From: Candidatus Heimdallarchaeota archaeon
GTDB lineage: Archaea > Asgardarchaeota > Heimdallarchaeia > Heimdallarchaeales > Kariarchaeaceae
Assembly (NCBI GenBank): GCA_015523565.1
Contig: WAKA01000084.1
Span: forward strand, 1 to 41,452
Length of the DNA: 41,452 nucleotides
Direction: 5' to 3'
In this document: positions 29,227 to 38,435 of the stretch, one piece after another
Layout: each line of letters begins with the position of its first letter
Numbering within the stretch: the stretch's first letter is position 1
Position numbers and translations under genes: made by a program
The notes under the pieces: generated by a model
Databases searched by the model: none
Told to the model about the DNA's origin: nothing
The model's input: only the letters and a program-made list of their open reading frames with translations

Positions 29227-29622
29227 TCCGACCACAAGGCATTTTATTACCTTCAATATCTGTTGAATGACCTGAAACCCTCCAAGTTCCGAAGAATGTT
29301 TGAAGATGAAAGCCTTCACGCGATGGAAAAACTATTTATCTCTGCATGGGTAATCTATTTCAGAGAGGATACAATGCCCGATGTTGTCAGCGAAATCCGA
29401 GAGATAATAAAGGAGAGATATGATTCCGAAGAGGAGTTTGTAAGGGAGGGGTTGAAAGCAGGTGGACCTGAATTTGTGAAGCTTCTGACGCCAGATGAGC
29501 TGATCGGTCTGACGCCTGAACAGATCATGGGGCTTTTCCAAACCAAAGAGGTTCTACGGAAGCTTTCCAAGGAACAAAGGCAGGAGCTTGCCCGAATTCT
29601 GGTGAGTGAGGAAAACGAATAG
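29217..29622 (+). CDS. Orphan 3' fragment of the Rpn-like gene at 40508; intact 82-aa ORF from internal SD/ATG 29374
   Basis: Nearly identical to the C-terminal half of 40508..41452 but lacking six 8-aa repeats. AGAGAGGATACA-ATG at 29362-29376. Confidence 0.75.
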
Positions 29623-29764
29623 GTGAATATTTAATGCCCATTGATATAAGTCACCTTGTTCAATTTTCATGAAAGGGTAATGAGATTAGTTCCTCGACAG
29701 ATTTAAATGATCGAATATATTCAAAGATTCTGAAATCTCACATTCCAAAATAATATAGAAGACT

Positions 29765-31141
29765 TTAATCAGATATACTCTCAATCGTGTTATTTATCAG
29801 AATCTTTTCCGTCTCTTCGACACTCGGATATCTTAAGGCGGAAACAAAAAATTTCACAGCCATTTCTTGATCATGAAAAATCATTTTGTACTCAATTCCT
29901 TCTGGTACCCCGACAACATTGCAACCATTGACTTTCCATCTTCCGAAAACCATGTTTCTATCAATGAGAAGATAGTTTGCTTTCTCAAATGGAAGGATTA
30001 CAAGTTCCTCCCCCCTAAAAAATGCTTTAAGAATCCCTACCCTCACAAATGCAAAGATGCCAGCAAACCCTGTGATAATCTCCGGATTTTCAATCACAAA
30101 ATTAAATGCAACATCGAAATCTGGAACTGTAACATGGAAAACTTGTCTTATCCATTGTCCTAGTGTTCTCCATGCTTCAATCAAAGGTGCACTCAAATAA
30201 TGGAACTTGTCTCTCAAAAATGTTAAATAAACAGCAATCCCTGCAAACAGTGAACCTAATGCAGGTCGTATCTTTACAACTGCCTTGATTGGCTCTGTAA
30301 CATACCGATAAATGATACGCCCAAAAATGATCACCTTATTGGCTGGTCTGACAAATGCATCGAATGGACGGAATATAGTTGGTGAAAATCCAAAAAGCAG
30401 AAATTTACGTCTTATCAAGACAAGTCGCTTATCCGTAAAAAAATAATCTCCAGACCTGTTGAAATTTGAATTAACCTTCCAGTGGTTTCGTGCCACTCGT
30501 AACCTTCCCACACCAAGAATTGGTTCTGTTTCCTCAAGTTTTTTGGTTTTCAAGAGCTTTTGCTTCCATTTCTCCAATTTCTTCGGTTTTATTCGTGACT
30601 TTTGCAAATCCTCTTCTGTTATGTTTTCAAGTTCTTGTCCAACTTGCTTTATCAATATGATTTCTGGTTTTAAGGTTCTTATTGTCAATCTATATCTCTT
30701 TTTTGGATCCTTGCTGAATAGGTTTCTGAGACTGAATTTAACAGACCCAAAGGGATTCAATACCTTCTTGTCTGTCCAATTAAAAATAAGCAATGGATGT
30801 TTCCTTTTTTCTTCATCCAATTCATCCCAAAACTCACTCAAAGTCTTTTCAAGAATGTCATGCATATCTTCAAGGGCATTGATGATTAAAATCTGGTATG
30901 CTTTCTTCAGTTTTCCTGCTCCCTCAATTTTGAATGTTTCAGTTGGCCATTCATTTTCCAACACTTCCCTGAAATTTGTCTCATCAATTGTCTCCTCAGT
31001 GAATTTTATGACCGCTCTTGCTGTCAACAGTGTCCATTTGTATAATTTTCCCTCTTTAAGCAATTCATACTTTTTCTTTGTCCAAAACCTTTCCTCTGGA
31101 ATCCTCTTGTGATTTTGGTGGATTGAAGGAAGTATTTTCAC
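29765..31141 (-). CDS. Hypothetical membrane protein; possible PH/GRAM-like domain interrupted by hydrophobic helices
   Basis: 458-aa ORF coupled to ribK (GTGA overlap). SGDYFFTDKRLVL...[hydrophobic segments]...ILPFEK...C-terminal helix. Confidence 0.7.
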   Translation of the reverse strand: MKILPSIHQNHKRIPEERFWTKKKYELLKEGKLYKWTLLTARAVIKFTEETIDETNFREVLENEWPTETFKIEGAGKLKKAYQILIINALEDMHDILEKTLSEFWDELDEEKRKHPLLIFNWTDKKVLNPFGSVKFSLRNLFSKDPKKRYRLTIRTLKPEIILIKQVGQELENITEEDLQKSRIKPKKLEKWKQKLLKTKKLEETEPILGVGRLRVARNHWKVNSNFNRSGDYFFTDKRLVLIRRKFLLFGFSPTIFRPFDAFVRPANKVIIFGRIIYRYVTEPIKAVVKIRPALGSLFAGIAVYLTFLRDKFHYLSAPLIEAWRTLGQWIRQVFHVTVPDFDVAFNFVIENPEIITGFAGIFAFVRVGILKAFFRGEELVILPFEKANYLLIDRNMVFGRWKVNGCNVVGVPEGIEYKMIFHDQEMAVKFFVSALRYPSVEETEKILINNTIESISD

Positions 31142-31539
31142 TCTTTGACCTCCAACTCCAATTCAGAACCATCTTGCAGTCCAAATTCCTCTCGTAAATA
31201 GATATCTGAAATAACCTCTATTGTTGACTTCCTGTGAACTGTCAATGCAGGTCTGACAAGCACAACATCTCTTCTCTCATTACCAATCCATAATCTTGCC
31301 TCTACCGTTTCTATTGCCCCCATTTTTTTCCCATCCAATACCAATCCATCATACAATTTCCCGTGTTTCATAAAATGATTGCCCACAGCTACTGCCCCCT
31401 TTTCATCTGCTTCAAGGTTCAACGTTCCTGGAAATGGTTCTTTTCCCAATATCTTTTCAAAAATTTCCTTGTATATTGGCATTGAAACAAATTTACCCCC
31501 CTTCCCCAAACCTCTTGTCACTCGAACAGGTATCCTCAT
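31138..31539 (-). CDS. ribK: CTP-dependent riboflavin kinase (archaeal), no HTH
   Basis: VTRGLGKG, PFPGTLN, RPALTVH, IEVIS..LR..FGLQDG. Confidence 0.9.
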   Translation of the reverse strand: MRIPVRVTRGLGKGGKFVSMPIYKEIFEKILGKEPFPGTLNLEADEKGAVAVGNHFMKHGKLYDGLVLDGKKMGAIETVEARLWIGNERRDVVLVRPALTVHRKSTIEVISDIYLREEFGLQDGSELELEVKE

Positions 31540-31589
31540 TTACCTTCCTTCCACAATCTCACTTTTGAGCATTCAGGTTGTATTCGTTT

Positions 31590-32450
31590 TCATTTGTTCT
31601 TCTTCTTTTTTATGTATTCCTTGATTCTATAGAGCTCTGGTTCCTCCCCTTTTCTTATCAATGCAAACCCTGGTCTAAATCTGTCATAAACTCCTGAACT
31701 TGAAGAAAAAACAGAATATACGTATCTGTTGTATTTTGCATAGCCATCAACAATCGCTACATGGGCTCGAACTATGTATCGAATCTCATTTTTCTCGCAA
31801 AATTCCTTTGCCGCGTCTTCATCAAAAGTATACAGAGATGGCCCCCTTGAATTGGAGAAAAAGCCTTTTGGTGCATTGTTTTTTGACCATACCTGTCTTT
31901 GGGATTCAACAGGGTCGTTGAATACCAATTGAACCAATTCTGGTTTCCTTATGGGATTTTTCCCCTTCACAATCTTTCCTATATCATAAGGATGATCAAC
32001 TGCAGGAATCCCCCCGTGTACGAAAAATGCTTCTCTCTTCATTCTTGCGGCCATTGGAAGATTTCTGAAAAATTCAGAAATTTCTGGAAGAACATGGTCT
32101 ATGTTATAGTGTTTCCTAAGCTCATCAAAAAATCCATACCGTGAACATATGTCGAAATCCTCATGGTTTCCCCGAACCAGAAAAATTGATCTTGGATCAC
32201 CTGAAATCCTCTCCGCCAATCCATTTAAGGTCTCAACCTGCTGACGCCCCCTGTCAACAAAATCACCCAAAAAAACTGCTGGTAACCCCAACTCGTCCCT
32301 AATGGTGTCTGACCTTTTTAACGTCTTGAAATCTCCATGTAAATCGCCAAATGCCAAAATCTCATCTGGCAACTCAAGCAATGCAGGTTGCTTCCGCAAA
32401 ATCTCCATTGCAGACCTAAGGTTCCCCAATAACTCCGATTTGGATATCAT
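31590..32450 (-). CDS. PPP-family Ser/Thr protein phosphatase (PP1/PP2A-like)
   Basis: GDLHG, GDFVDRG, RGNHE, YGFFDE, VHGG, NDP, RG, VRAH, SVFS. Confidence 0.92.
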   Translation of the reverse strand: MISKSELLGNLRSAMEILRKQPALLELPDEILAFGDLHGDFKTLKRSDTIRDELGLPAVFLGDFVDRGRQQVETLNGLAERISGDPRSIFLVRGNHEDFDICSRYGFFDELRKHYNIDHVLPEISEFFRNLPMAARMKREAFFVHGGIPAVDHPYDIGKIVKGKNPIRKPELVQLVFNDPVESQRQVWSKNNAPKGFFSNSRGPSLYTFDEDAAKEFCEKNEIRYIVRAHVAIVDGYAKYNRYVYSVFSSSSGVYDRFRPGFALIRKGEEPELYRIKEYIKKKKNK

Positions 32451-32688
32451 CTAATTCTATCTTGCCAACTTGCTAGAAAAACATTGTCGTCATATCTATC
32501 CCAATCTCCTTCCACAAATGAAAACCGACCGCTACTCAAAAATGACCCTTAATCTATTTGGAAATCACCATTTATTCAATTATTTGTTTATAATTTCGTA
32601 TTTTATCTCAATTTCTCTACAATTGTCTACCGACTCACTTTCCCTCAACATTTGCTTTAATAAAGAATGCTAATTCAATGTTATTTAC

Positions 32689-33312
32689 ATGAAAGCAAGA
32701 ATAGGAATCTCGTTATTGCTTCTTTTTGTTATCCTGCTTCAGACCTCGGCTGATATTAATACACAGTTGGTCGGAGTAAAGGAGGGTGATTCATTTGATT
32801 TCAAAATCACATTGTACGGGAAAAACATATATGCCCATCCTCCCTTCAATAAAAATCAAACCTTGAATATCAAGGTGACTGGAAACCCAAATAGTACAGA
32901 CGATCTTCCAGTAAGTATAACCTATGAGAACGGAACGGTTGAAGAAAGTTTTGTCCACATGAAGGAATTCGGTGGTCCATTTGTCTATACGGATTGGGAA
33001 TACTGGTCAGATAAGTCCCACCACTGGAACATAGTCGAAGAAGTCACAATAATAGACAAAGATGAGCAATTCACTGTCCAAATTCATGAAAACTCATCAA
33101 CTTACAATCTTGACTATGTAGCATCATACCGTAAAAGTGATGGATCATTACTTCTCTACAATTGGACAGATACATCCACTGTCTCAGGAACACCAGATAC
33201 ACAAAAGATCATTGTCGAGCAAGTGACCTCATCAAACAAGAACAGTAGCCCATTTGCCTTATTTACTCCTATAATTGCAATCCCGATATTGATTAAAAAA
33301 AGAAAAAGATAA
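32689..33312 (+). CDS. Secreted surface protein with C-terminal sorting-type tail
   Basis: Signal peptide; VGVKEGD N-terminal motif; N-x-S/T sequons; SPFALFTPIIAIPILIKKRKR. Confidence 0.8.
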   Translation: MKARIGISLLLLFVILLQTSADINTQLVGVKEGDSFDFKITLYGKNIYAHPPFNKNQTLNIKVTGNPNSTDDLPVSITYENGTVEESFVHMKEFGGPFVYTDWEYWSDKSHHWNIVEEVTIIDKDEQFTVQIHENSSTYNLDYVASYRKSDGSLLLYNWTDTSTVSGTPDTQKIIVEQVTSSNKNSSPFALFTPIIAIPILIKKRKR

Positions 33313-33424
33313 GTTCCCATTCCGAGAAATTGACACAACAATCAAATTGCACAAGCTTTGCTATTTTCTAGACTTCTTATCACCATTCAGGGAAATCGCC
33401 CATTTTGTCCAACCCAAAAGCCGT

Positions 33425-34081
33425 TCAATCCTCACGAATGTGACCAATCTGGGAAACTCCCTCTTTATTCCCAGCATTGCCTTCTGAAATCTTCCGACCC
33501 AAAGCAGCCATGAGCATGTCGCTTTCTGTCCTCTCAAGCAAGTATCTTGCAGTATCGACTTTCTTTCGAAGAGAATTGGCTATCTGCTTGCCAAAATCCA
33601 ACCCAATTATATTCTCGTAGATTTCTCCCATGTAATCCAAATACCGACGACCACCTTTCACATCTCCCGACAAAAGATAATGTAGAACAACCCTCCTGAG
33701 CTCACCCACAACATCCGCAAGCCCTGTAACCCAAATCCATGATGGGACATTTAGCTCATTGTAATCTGGAACCTTCTCCCCACTCATGATAGCATGCAGG
33801 ATTTCCAGTTCCACAAACTCCTCAACTCCGCTGATGCTTACATTCCAGCTCAATACTGCCGCCGTATGATCCATCAAAGGTTTCAACTTCCCATAAAGCT
33901 CCCTTGCCTTCATCAGGAATTCCGTCGCATCCCCTCCCTTGACCAAGCGGGAAATGGCCCTCCCCGAAAATCTGTTCAAATCACGCGTCAAGTGGATAAT
34001 CTTCTCCCTGTTGCTGTCAAACTCATCAAGCTCCTTTACAACCCTCTCCAAAATGTCTGACAAATCTCCGAGAATGTCCAT
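33425..34081 (-). CDS. Translin/TRAX family protein (archaeal C3PO-like)
   Basis: REKII..TR, EEFVE, GLADVVGELRR, LRKKVD. ATG 34081 after GGTGA. Confidence 0.85.
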   Translation of the reverse strand: MDILGDLSDILERVVKELDEFDSNREKIIHLTRDLNRFSGRAISRLVKGGDATEFLMKARELYGKLKPLMDHTAAVLSWNVSISGVEEFVELEILHAIMSGEKVPDYNELNVPSWIWVTGLADVVGELRRVVLHYLLSGDVKGGRRYLDYMGEIYENIIGLDFGKQIANSLRKKVDTARYLLERTESDMLMAALGRKISEGNAGNKEGVSQIGHIRED

Positions 34082-34222
34082 AAAAGAATCACCCATGCGA
34101 CATTTAAAACTGTTTTCTCTCATTATATCCAAGGTTATGGATACTTGACATATCCTTAAGAAAAAGGGCTAACTCCTAATCCTTTTGTACTTTGAGCATT
34201 CCATTCCATTCAATAATCTCTA

Positions 34223-35413
34223 CTAACGTTCCTGAGAAAACAATTTGACTGCCCTCTCCTTGAGCTGATCGTATCGTTCCTCCAATTCAATAATCGATTT
34301 GAATTTGTCCAATTCCAATGTCTCATTCAATTTTTGGTATGCCTCGTTCAGGTAAAGTTGAATGAAATTTCCCAATGTATCAAATTTCCCAGAACTTATG
34401 TATCCTCTTTCCCCTGAAATCTTTTCCCATAGTTGACTATCATGTTCATAGAACAAAATTTCCCATAAAACCCCAAAATCCTTATGGATTAATTGCAATG
34501 AAATATCCACTTTGTGTAGGGACGAAACAAAGTATACCTCTTGCCAATCTATCCTATGTATTTTTGAATTGATTAATAGTCTAATATTAAATCTTCCTAG
34601 CTTGAATAAATCCTCTTCTATGGGAAAAAAATCATCTGGCATACCTTCATAATCGAACCTAAAATTAACCAGTATGTATTCCATATCTAAACTTGATTGA
34701 TCTTCAAGTTTCAGGTCATAAGTTTCTGAAATATTGATCAATTTATTTTTCAGTAATTCTATTTTTCCCTTTGGACACAAATCATCAATACCCAATTTTT
34801 TTAATTTAGGTAAATTTATGATCATGTCTTGGATATATTCTAATGGGTTTTTGTCCAAATTCAATGTCTGGAGGTTTTCCAAATTTCCAATACTATCAGG
34901 CAAAGAAACAAGTGAATTGTTAGACACATCCAAATATTTCAATTCCACAAGTCTGCCTATAGAATCGGGTAATACAGATAAGTTATTGTCCCCAAGATTA
35001 AACACCTCAAGATTTGTCAGGTTTTCTATACTTTCAGGTAAAGATGTCAATGCATTACTTGATACATCCAAAAATTTCAATTTCGAAAATTCTCCAACAG
35101 AATTAGGTAGCCTAGATATCATGTTCTTTGACAAATCCAAAGTTTCCAGGTCAGACAATTCACTTAACCACTCTGAAACATCTTTAATGCCTGTATTACT
35201 CAAAAATAAATTTCTTAACTTTGTAAATTCCTTGATTATTCCTGGTATGGTTTTGAATGAGTATTTCTCAGACAAATGCAGGCTTACAACCCTTCCATTT
35301 TCCGCAATAAACAAACCGTAAAGTGAATCTAAATCCACCATCCCATTCTCAAGTTCGGAAAACAATGAAACAAGGGCTTCACGGTCTTTTTCACAAATAT
35401 TTTCCTTTTTCAT
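34223..35413 (-). CDS. Leucine-rich repeat protein with uncharacterised C-terminal domain
   Basis: About 7 23-aa repeats LxxLDVSxNxLxSLPxSIGxL; N-cap DREALVSLF. Confidence 0.92.
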   Translation of the reverse strand: MKKENICEKDREALVSLFSELENGMVDLDSLYGLFIAENGRVVSLHLSEKYSFKTIPGIIKEFTKLRNLFLSNTGIKDVSEWLSELSDLETLDLSKNMISRLPNSVGEFSKLKFLDVSSNALTSLPESIENLTNLEVFNLGDNNLSVLPDSIGRLVELKYLDVSNNSLVSLPDSIGNLENLQTLNLDKNPLEYIQDMIINLPKLKKLGIDDLCPKGKIELLKNKLINISETYDLKLEDQSSLDMEYILVNFRFDYEGMPDDFFPIEEDLFKLGRFNIRLLINSKIHRIDWQEVYFVSSLHKVDISLQLIHKDFGVLWEILFYEHDSQLWEKISGERGYISSGKFDTLGNFIQLYLNEAYQKLNETLELDKFKSIIELEERYDQLKERAVKLFSQER

Positions 35414-36187
35414 TTCTTGCCCTCCAATCTAAAAATACCAATTATTAATTCAAAACATATGCGTTTCCCAAATTTCTCTTGTGATCCTTGGTCTAACCCA
35501 ACTAACGGATAAGTTTCTGGAAAATACTCCATATTTTTGTCCGATAATGTGAAAACACCCGAAATCTGATACCCAAGAATATCTCCGCTTATTTTTCTTA
35601 GGTTTTCCTTCTCTATTCTTATAAGTCTTAAATCAAGCAGTTCCTTTGAAAAAAGAATAAACATGTCTTTTTATCCATACATATCTATGATATTTGAACT
35701 TCTATATCCTTTTAATGTGATAATTGTTCTCCTTTCCTTTCATGTTGCTCAATAGACTAATCTCCCAATCTAACATTCATCCCCATGACTACTCCGTCTG
35801 AGCCTGACATGCCTGTTACTGTCAAATATTGGAAGGCATCACATCCCTACTTTGTCTTTATTATGGTAGGGTGAAAACCTCATTATCGATTTTTCAATTG
35901 AGTGGGGTACATTATTAATCAACCTTTGAACAATTTCTCAACTAAACTAATTGTCTCAAACGGGAGAACTCCTATTGAAATGGTAAAATTCCATTGCAAA
36001 ATGTCAAAATCGCAAACTCAACATCTGCAAACACATATTCTGAACAATATCCCTTAATCTTCCCAATAAGTTTCATCATGAATTCCTTAGAAATGTAACT
36101 ATGAAAATCCATCTCTTTAAAGAAATCTTCAATCTTTTTAGAATCAACTCCTGCCTCTTTTTGCCTCTCTAAAGAGAATGAGTTCAC
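35410..36187 (-). pseudogene. Possible degraded coding region (short ORFs 35410-35664 and 35972-36187)
   Basis: Two short co-oriented ORFs with protein-like but stop-interrupted sequence between them; no recognisable family. Confidence 0.3.
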
Positions 36188-36486
36188 AAAACGGACAACT
36201 GATTTGCTTTGTTATGTAAACCCCTCCTCATTTTAATTTTTTATTTTTATATGTAAATGTCTTTCTCAAATGGAATGCTTGCTTTATCTTAGAATCTAAA
36301 CCACTTATACATTCATCAGGAAAGACAGATGGAATGAAGATACTATGAATTGTCACTTGAAACTCCCTATTTATATCAAAATTAGATCCCTATTTGAGTT
36401 GACAGGAGAAAAAATGAGTGATGTGAAATGCACAATTAATTTATTAATCCCAAAATTTTTTTATTACAAATTGTATATTATACAAT

Positions 36487-37173
36487 ATGAGCATTTTAGA
36501 CTACGAAATGAAAAATGCAAGGGATTTTCTACTGTTCAGTGCATTCATCAATTTTGTATTTTTTATTTTGTTTATTATTGTGGATTTTAAACCGCTTGCA
36601 AATAGGTATTACACAGACGACAATACATCGCGTGCGTTGCTTTTTTCATCAATGTATGGACTTTGGTTCTATCTGGAAACTGGTATTTTTATGATGGGTA
36701 CATTGTATATGGCGTTTTTCTTGTGGAAGGGATTGAGTGACACACAACGCATGGGGGTATTGTTATTTGTGGGGTCTATACTCTTCTTGGATATCAAAAT
36801 CATTTTCGGAAGTTGGGAGAGGACTATCTTCCCAATCTGGCTTTACATAGGGCTGTTCATGTTTTGGATTGGTCTTAACCTTATCTATGGAGAAGGCGGA
36901 TGGGTTTGGCTTTTCAGCTTCGGTACTGTTGCTAGTTTTGTAGTTCAGTTTTTCCTGCTCCATGTTGATACATTTATGTTTAATTATTATATTCCAGGAA
37001 ACTATTCTGACAGGTTGGTGTATCTTAACATTGTGAAGACAGGCATTGGTGTGTTATGGTTTTGGGGAATCGTTTTCCGTTGGTATTTTGCCAAAACATT
37101 CCAGGGAATACCAATTATCCTTGAAAGGAAAAAGGCATATGCACTAAACAACACTAAAAACTATTTTCTCTAA
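36487..37173 (+). CDS. Multi-pass (about 6 TM) hypothetical membrane protein
   Basis: 228-aa ORF, strongly hydrophobic and aromatic. Confidence 0.7.
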   Translation: MSILDYEMKNARDFLLFSAFINFVFFILFIIVDFKPLANRYYTDDNTSRALLFSSMYGLWFYLETGIFMMGTLYMAFFLWKGLSDTQRMGVLLFVGSILFLDIKIIFGSWERTIFPIWLYIGLFMFWIGLNLIYGEGGWVWLFSFGTVASFVVQFFLLHVDTFMFNYYIPGNYSDRLVYLNIVKTGIGVLWFWGIVFRWYFAKTFQGIPIILERKKAYALNNTKNYFL

Positions 37174-37763
37174 GCAAAATATGTGGTTCTTTCCTCAACG
37201 GAAGGACGGTTGCCGACTTTGCGGTTCCGTACCTGCGGAAAACCCAATGGAAGAATGACTTGTGGTCGATAATGCTCTTCAATCCCCAAAATTGTATTCA
37301 GGAATGTTTTCGGCTCTGGTGTATATGTGACAGTTCCCAGTCCTTCCTGCTCAGCTGCCAAGATCATGTATGCAATGGTAAGCCAAGTACTCTCAAGAGA
37401 ATGCCGATCTGACCACCTGCTGTCTTCAAACACAACTAAAAGAACAGGTGCCTCCGTCAGGAAAGGCTTTGTCACCCTGATGTCCTTCTTTTGTACCCAG
37501 TCCAAGAATTCCTTTTCACCTACCGCTCGTTTCTTCCTGTAAAATTCACGTTCAACAGCTTCTGCCTCTTCCCTTATTCGTTTTTTCACCTCAAAATCTG
37601 AAACCACAGCAACCAAATATGGTGACTTGTTTGAACCTGACGGAGCATATATGCCTGCCTGTATGATTCGTTCGACTACTCCATCGGGCAAAGGGTCACG
37701 CTTATACCGTCGAGTAGTTCGCCTCTGTTTCATCACCTCATAACAGCAACCCATACGACACAA
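37170..37763 (-). CDS. Nitroreductase family protein (iodotyrosine deiodinase-like branch possible)
   Basis: RRTTRRY, APSGSNKSPY, KPFLTEAP, LAAEQEGLGTVTYTP, LPLGFP. Confidence 0.9.
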   Translation of the reverse strand: MCRMGCCYEVMKQRRTTRRYKRDPLPDGVVERIIQAGIYAPSGSNKSPYLVAVVSDFEVKKRIREEAEAVEREFYRKKRAVGEKEFLDWVQKKDIRVTKPFLTEAPVLLVVFEDSRWSDRHSLESTWLTIAYMILAAEQEGLGTVTYTPEPKTFLNTILGIEEHYRPQVILPLGFPQVRNRKVGNRPSVEERTTYFA

Positions 37764-37994
37764 TTCACCACGAATTTATCTATGATTCCAAACTGCCAAA
37801 AAACGATCTATCCATCTCCTAACCAAATAATAACGGTCTTCTGTATCTCAAACTGCTAAAATTATAAAATTACCAAAAACCTCCTGCCCTATAAAAAAAC
37901 AAGGATCAAGCCCTCCCTCTTGAATTGTTTCAATCAACCTTCTCTCTTTATGTCCATCAAAAAAAGTTATATGCCCTAAACAACCTAATAATTT

Positions 37995-38435
37995 ATGATC
38001 AAAGGTTTGTATGTTATCTCCCAAGCAGGAGTGCCCATATATTCCTACAATGAGAATGAAACTGAAGACCAGGACATTCTCTTTTCGGGACTGATAACAG
38101 CTATCAAAAAATTTCTTGAGGAGATAAATGTCGGACAGGTCAGGCAATTCACCACTGAAAGCCATATCATCCAAATCTACTCAAATGCAGGATATGCAGT
38201 TGTTTTCATCTTCGACCTGAGCAGCGGAATTGATGCAGAATCTGGAAAAAAACTGTACAATACAATCCTCGAACAACTTGGGGACTCAATCAAAATGTTT
38301 GAGGAAGCAGGAACTCATTTTACAGATGAACTTGAAACACTCCTTTCATTGACAATTTCTCAATCATTGGCAATCTGGAAAGAATACATTGCGCAAAGCA
38401 AGGTGTCCAAAAAAATACAGGAGAGTCTCTGGTAA
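37995..38435 (+). CDS. Stand-alone longin/roadblock-like protein
   Basis: MIKGLYVISQAGVPIY...DILFSGLITAIKKFLEE; same pattern as the C-terminus of 25234..26031. Confidence 0.75.
   Translation: MIKGLYVISQAGVPIYSYNENETEDQDILFSGLITAIKKFLEEINVGQVRQFTTESHIIQIYSNAGYAVVFIFDLSSGIDAESGKKLYNTILEQLGDSIKMFEEAGTHFTDELETLLSLTISQSLAIWKEYIAQSKVSKKIQESLW

Noticed and set aside
30459-31112. 217-aa + strand ORF (likewise 34734-35321, 22037-22498, 16473-16922)
   Set aside because: Antisense shadows of well-supported minus-strand genes, with no motifs of their own.
35778-35910. Series of short inverted repeats (ATGCCT/AGGCAT, CCCTAC/GTAGGG, CCCCA/TGGGG) suggesting a structured RNA
   Set aside because: Stems are only 5-6 bp with long loops and match no family I recognise; the region also reads as degraded coding sequence.
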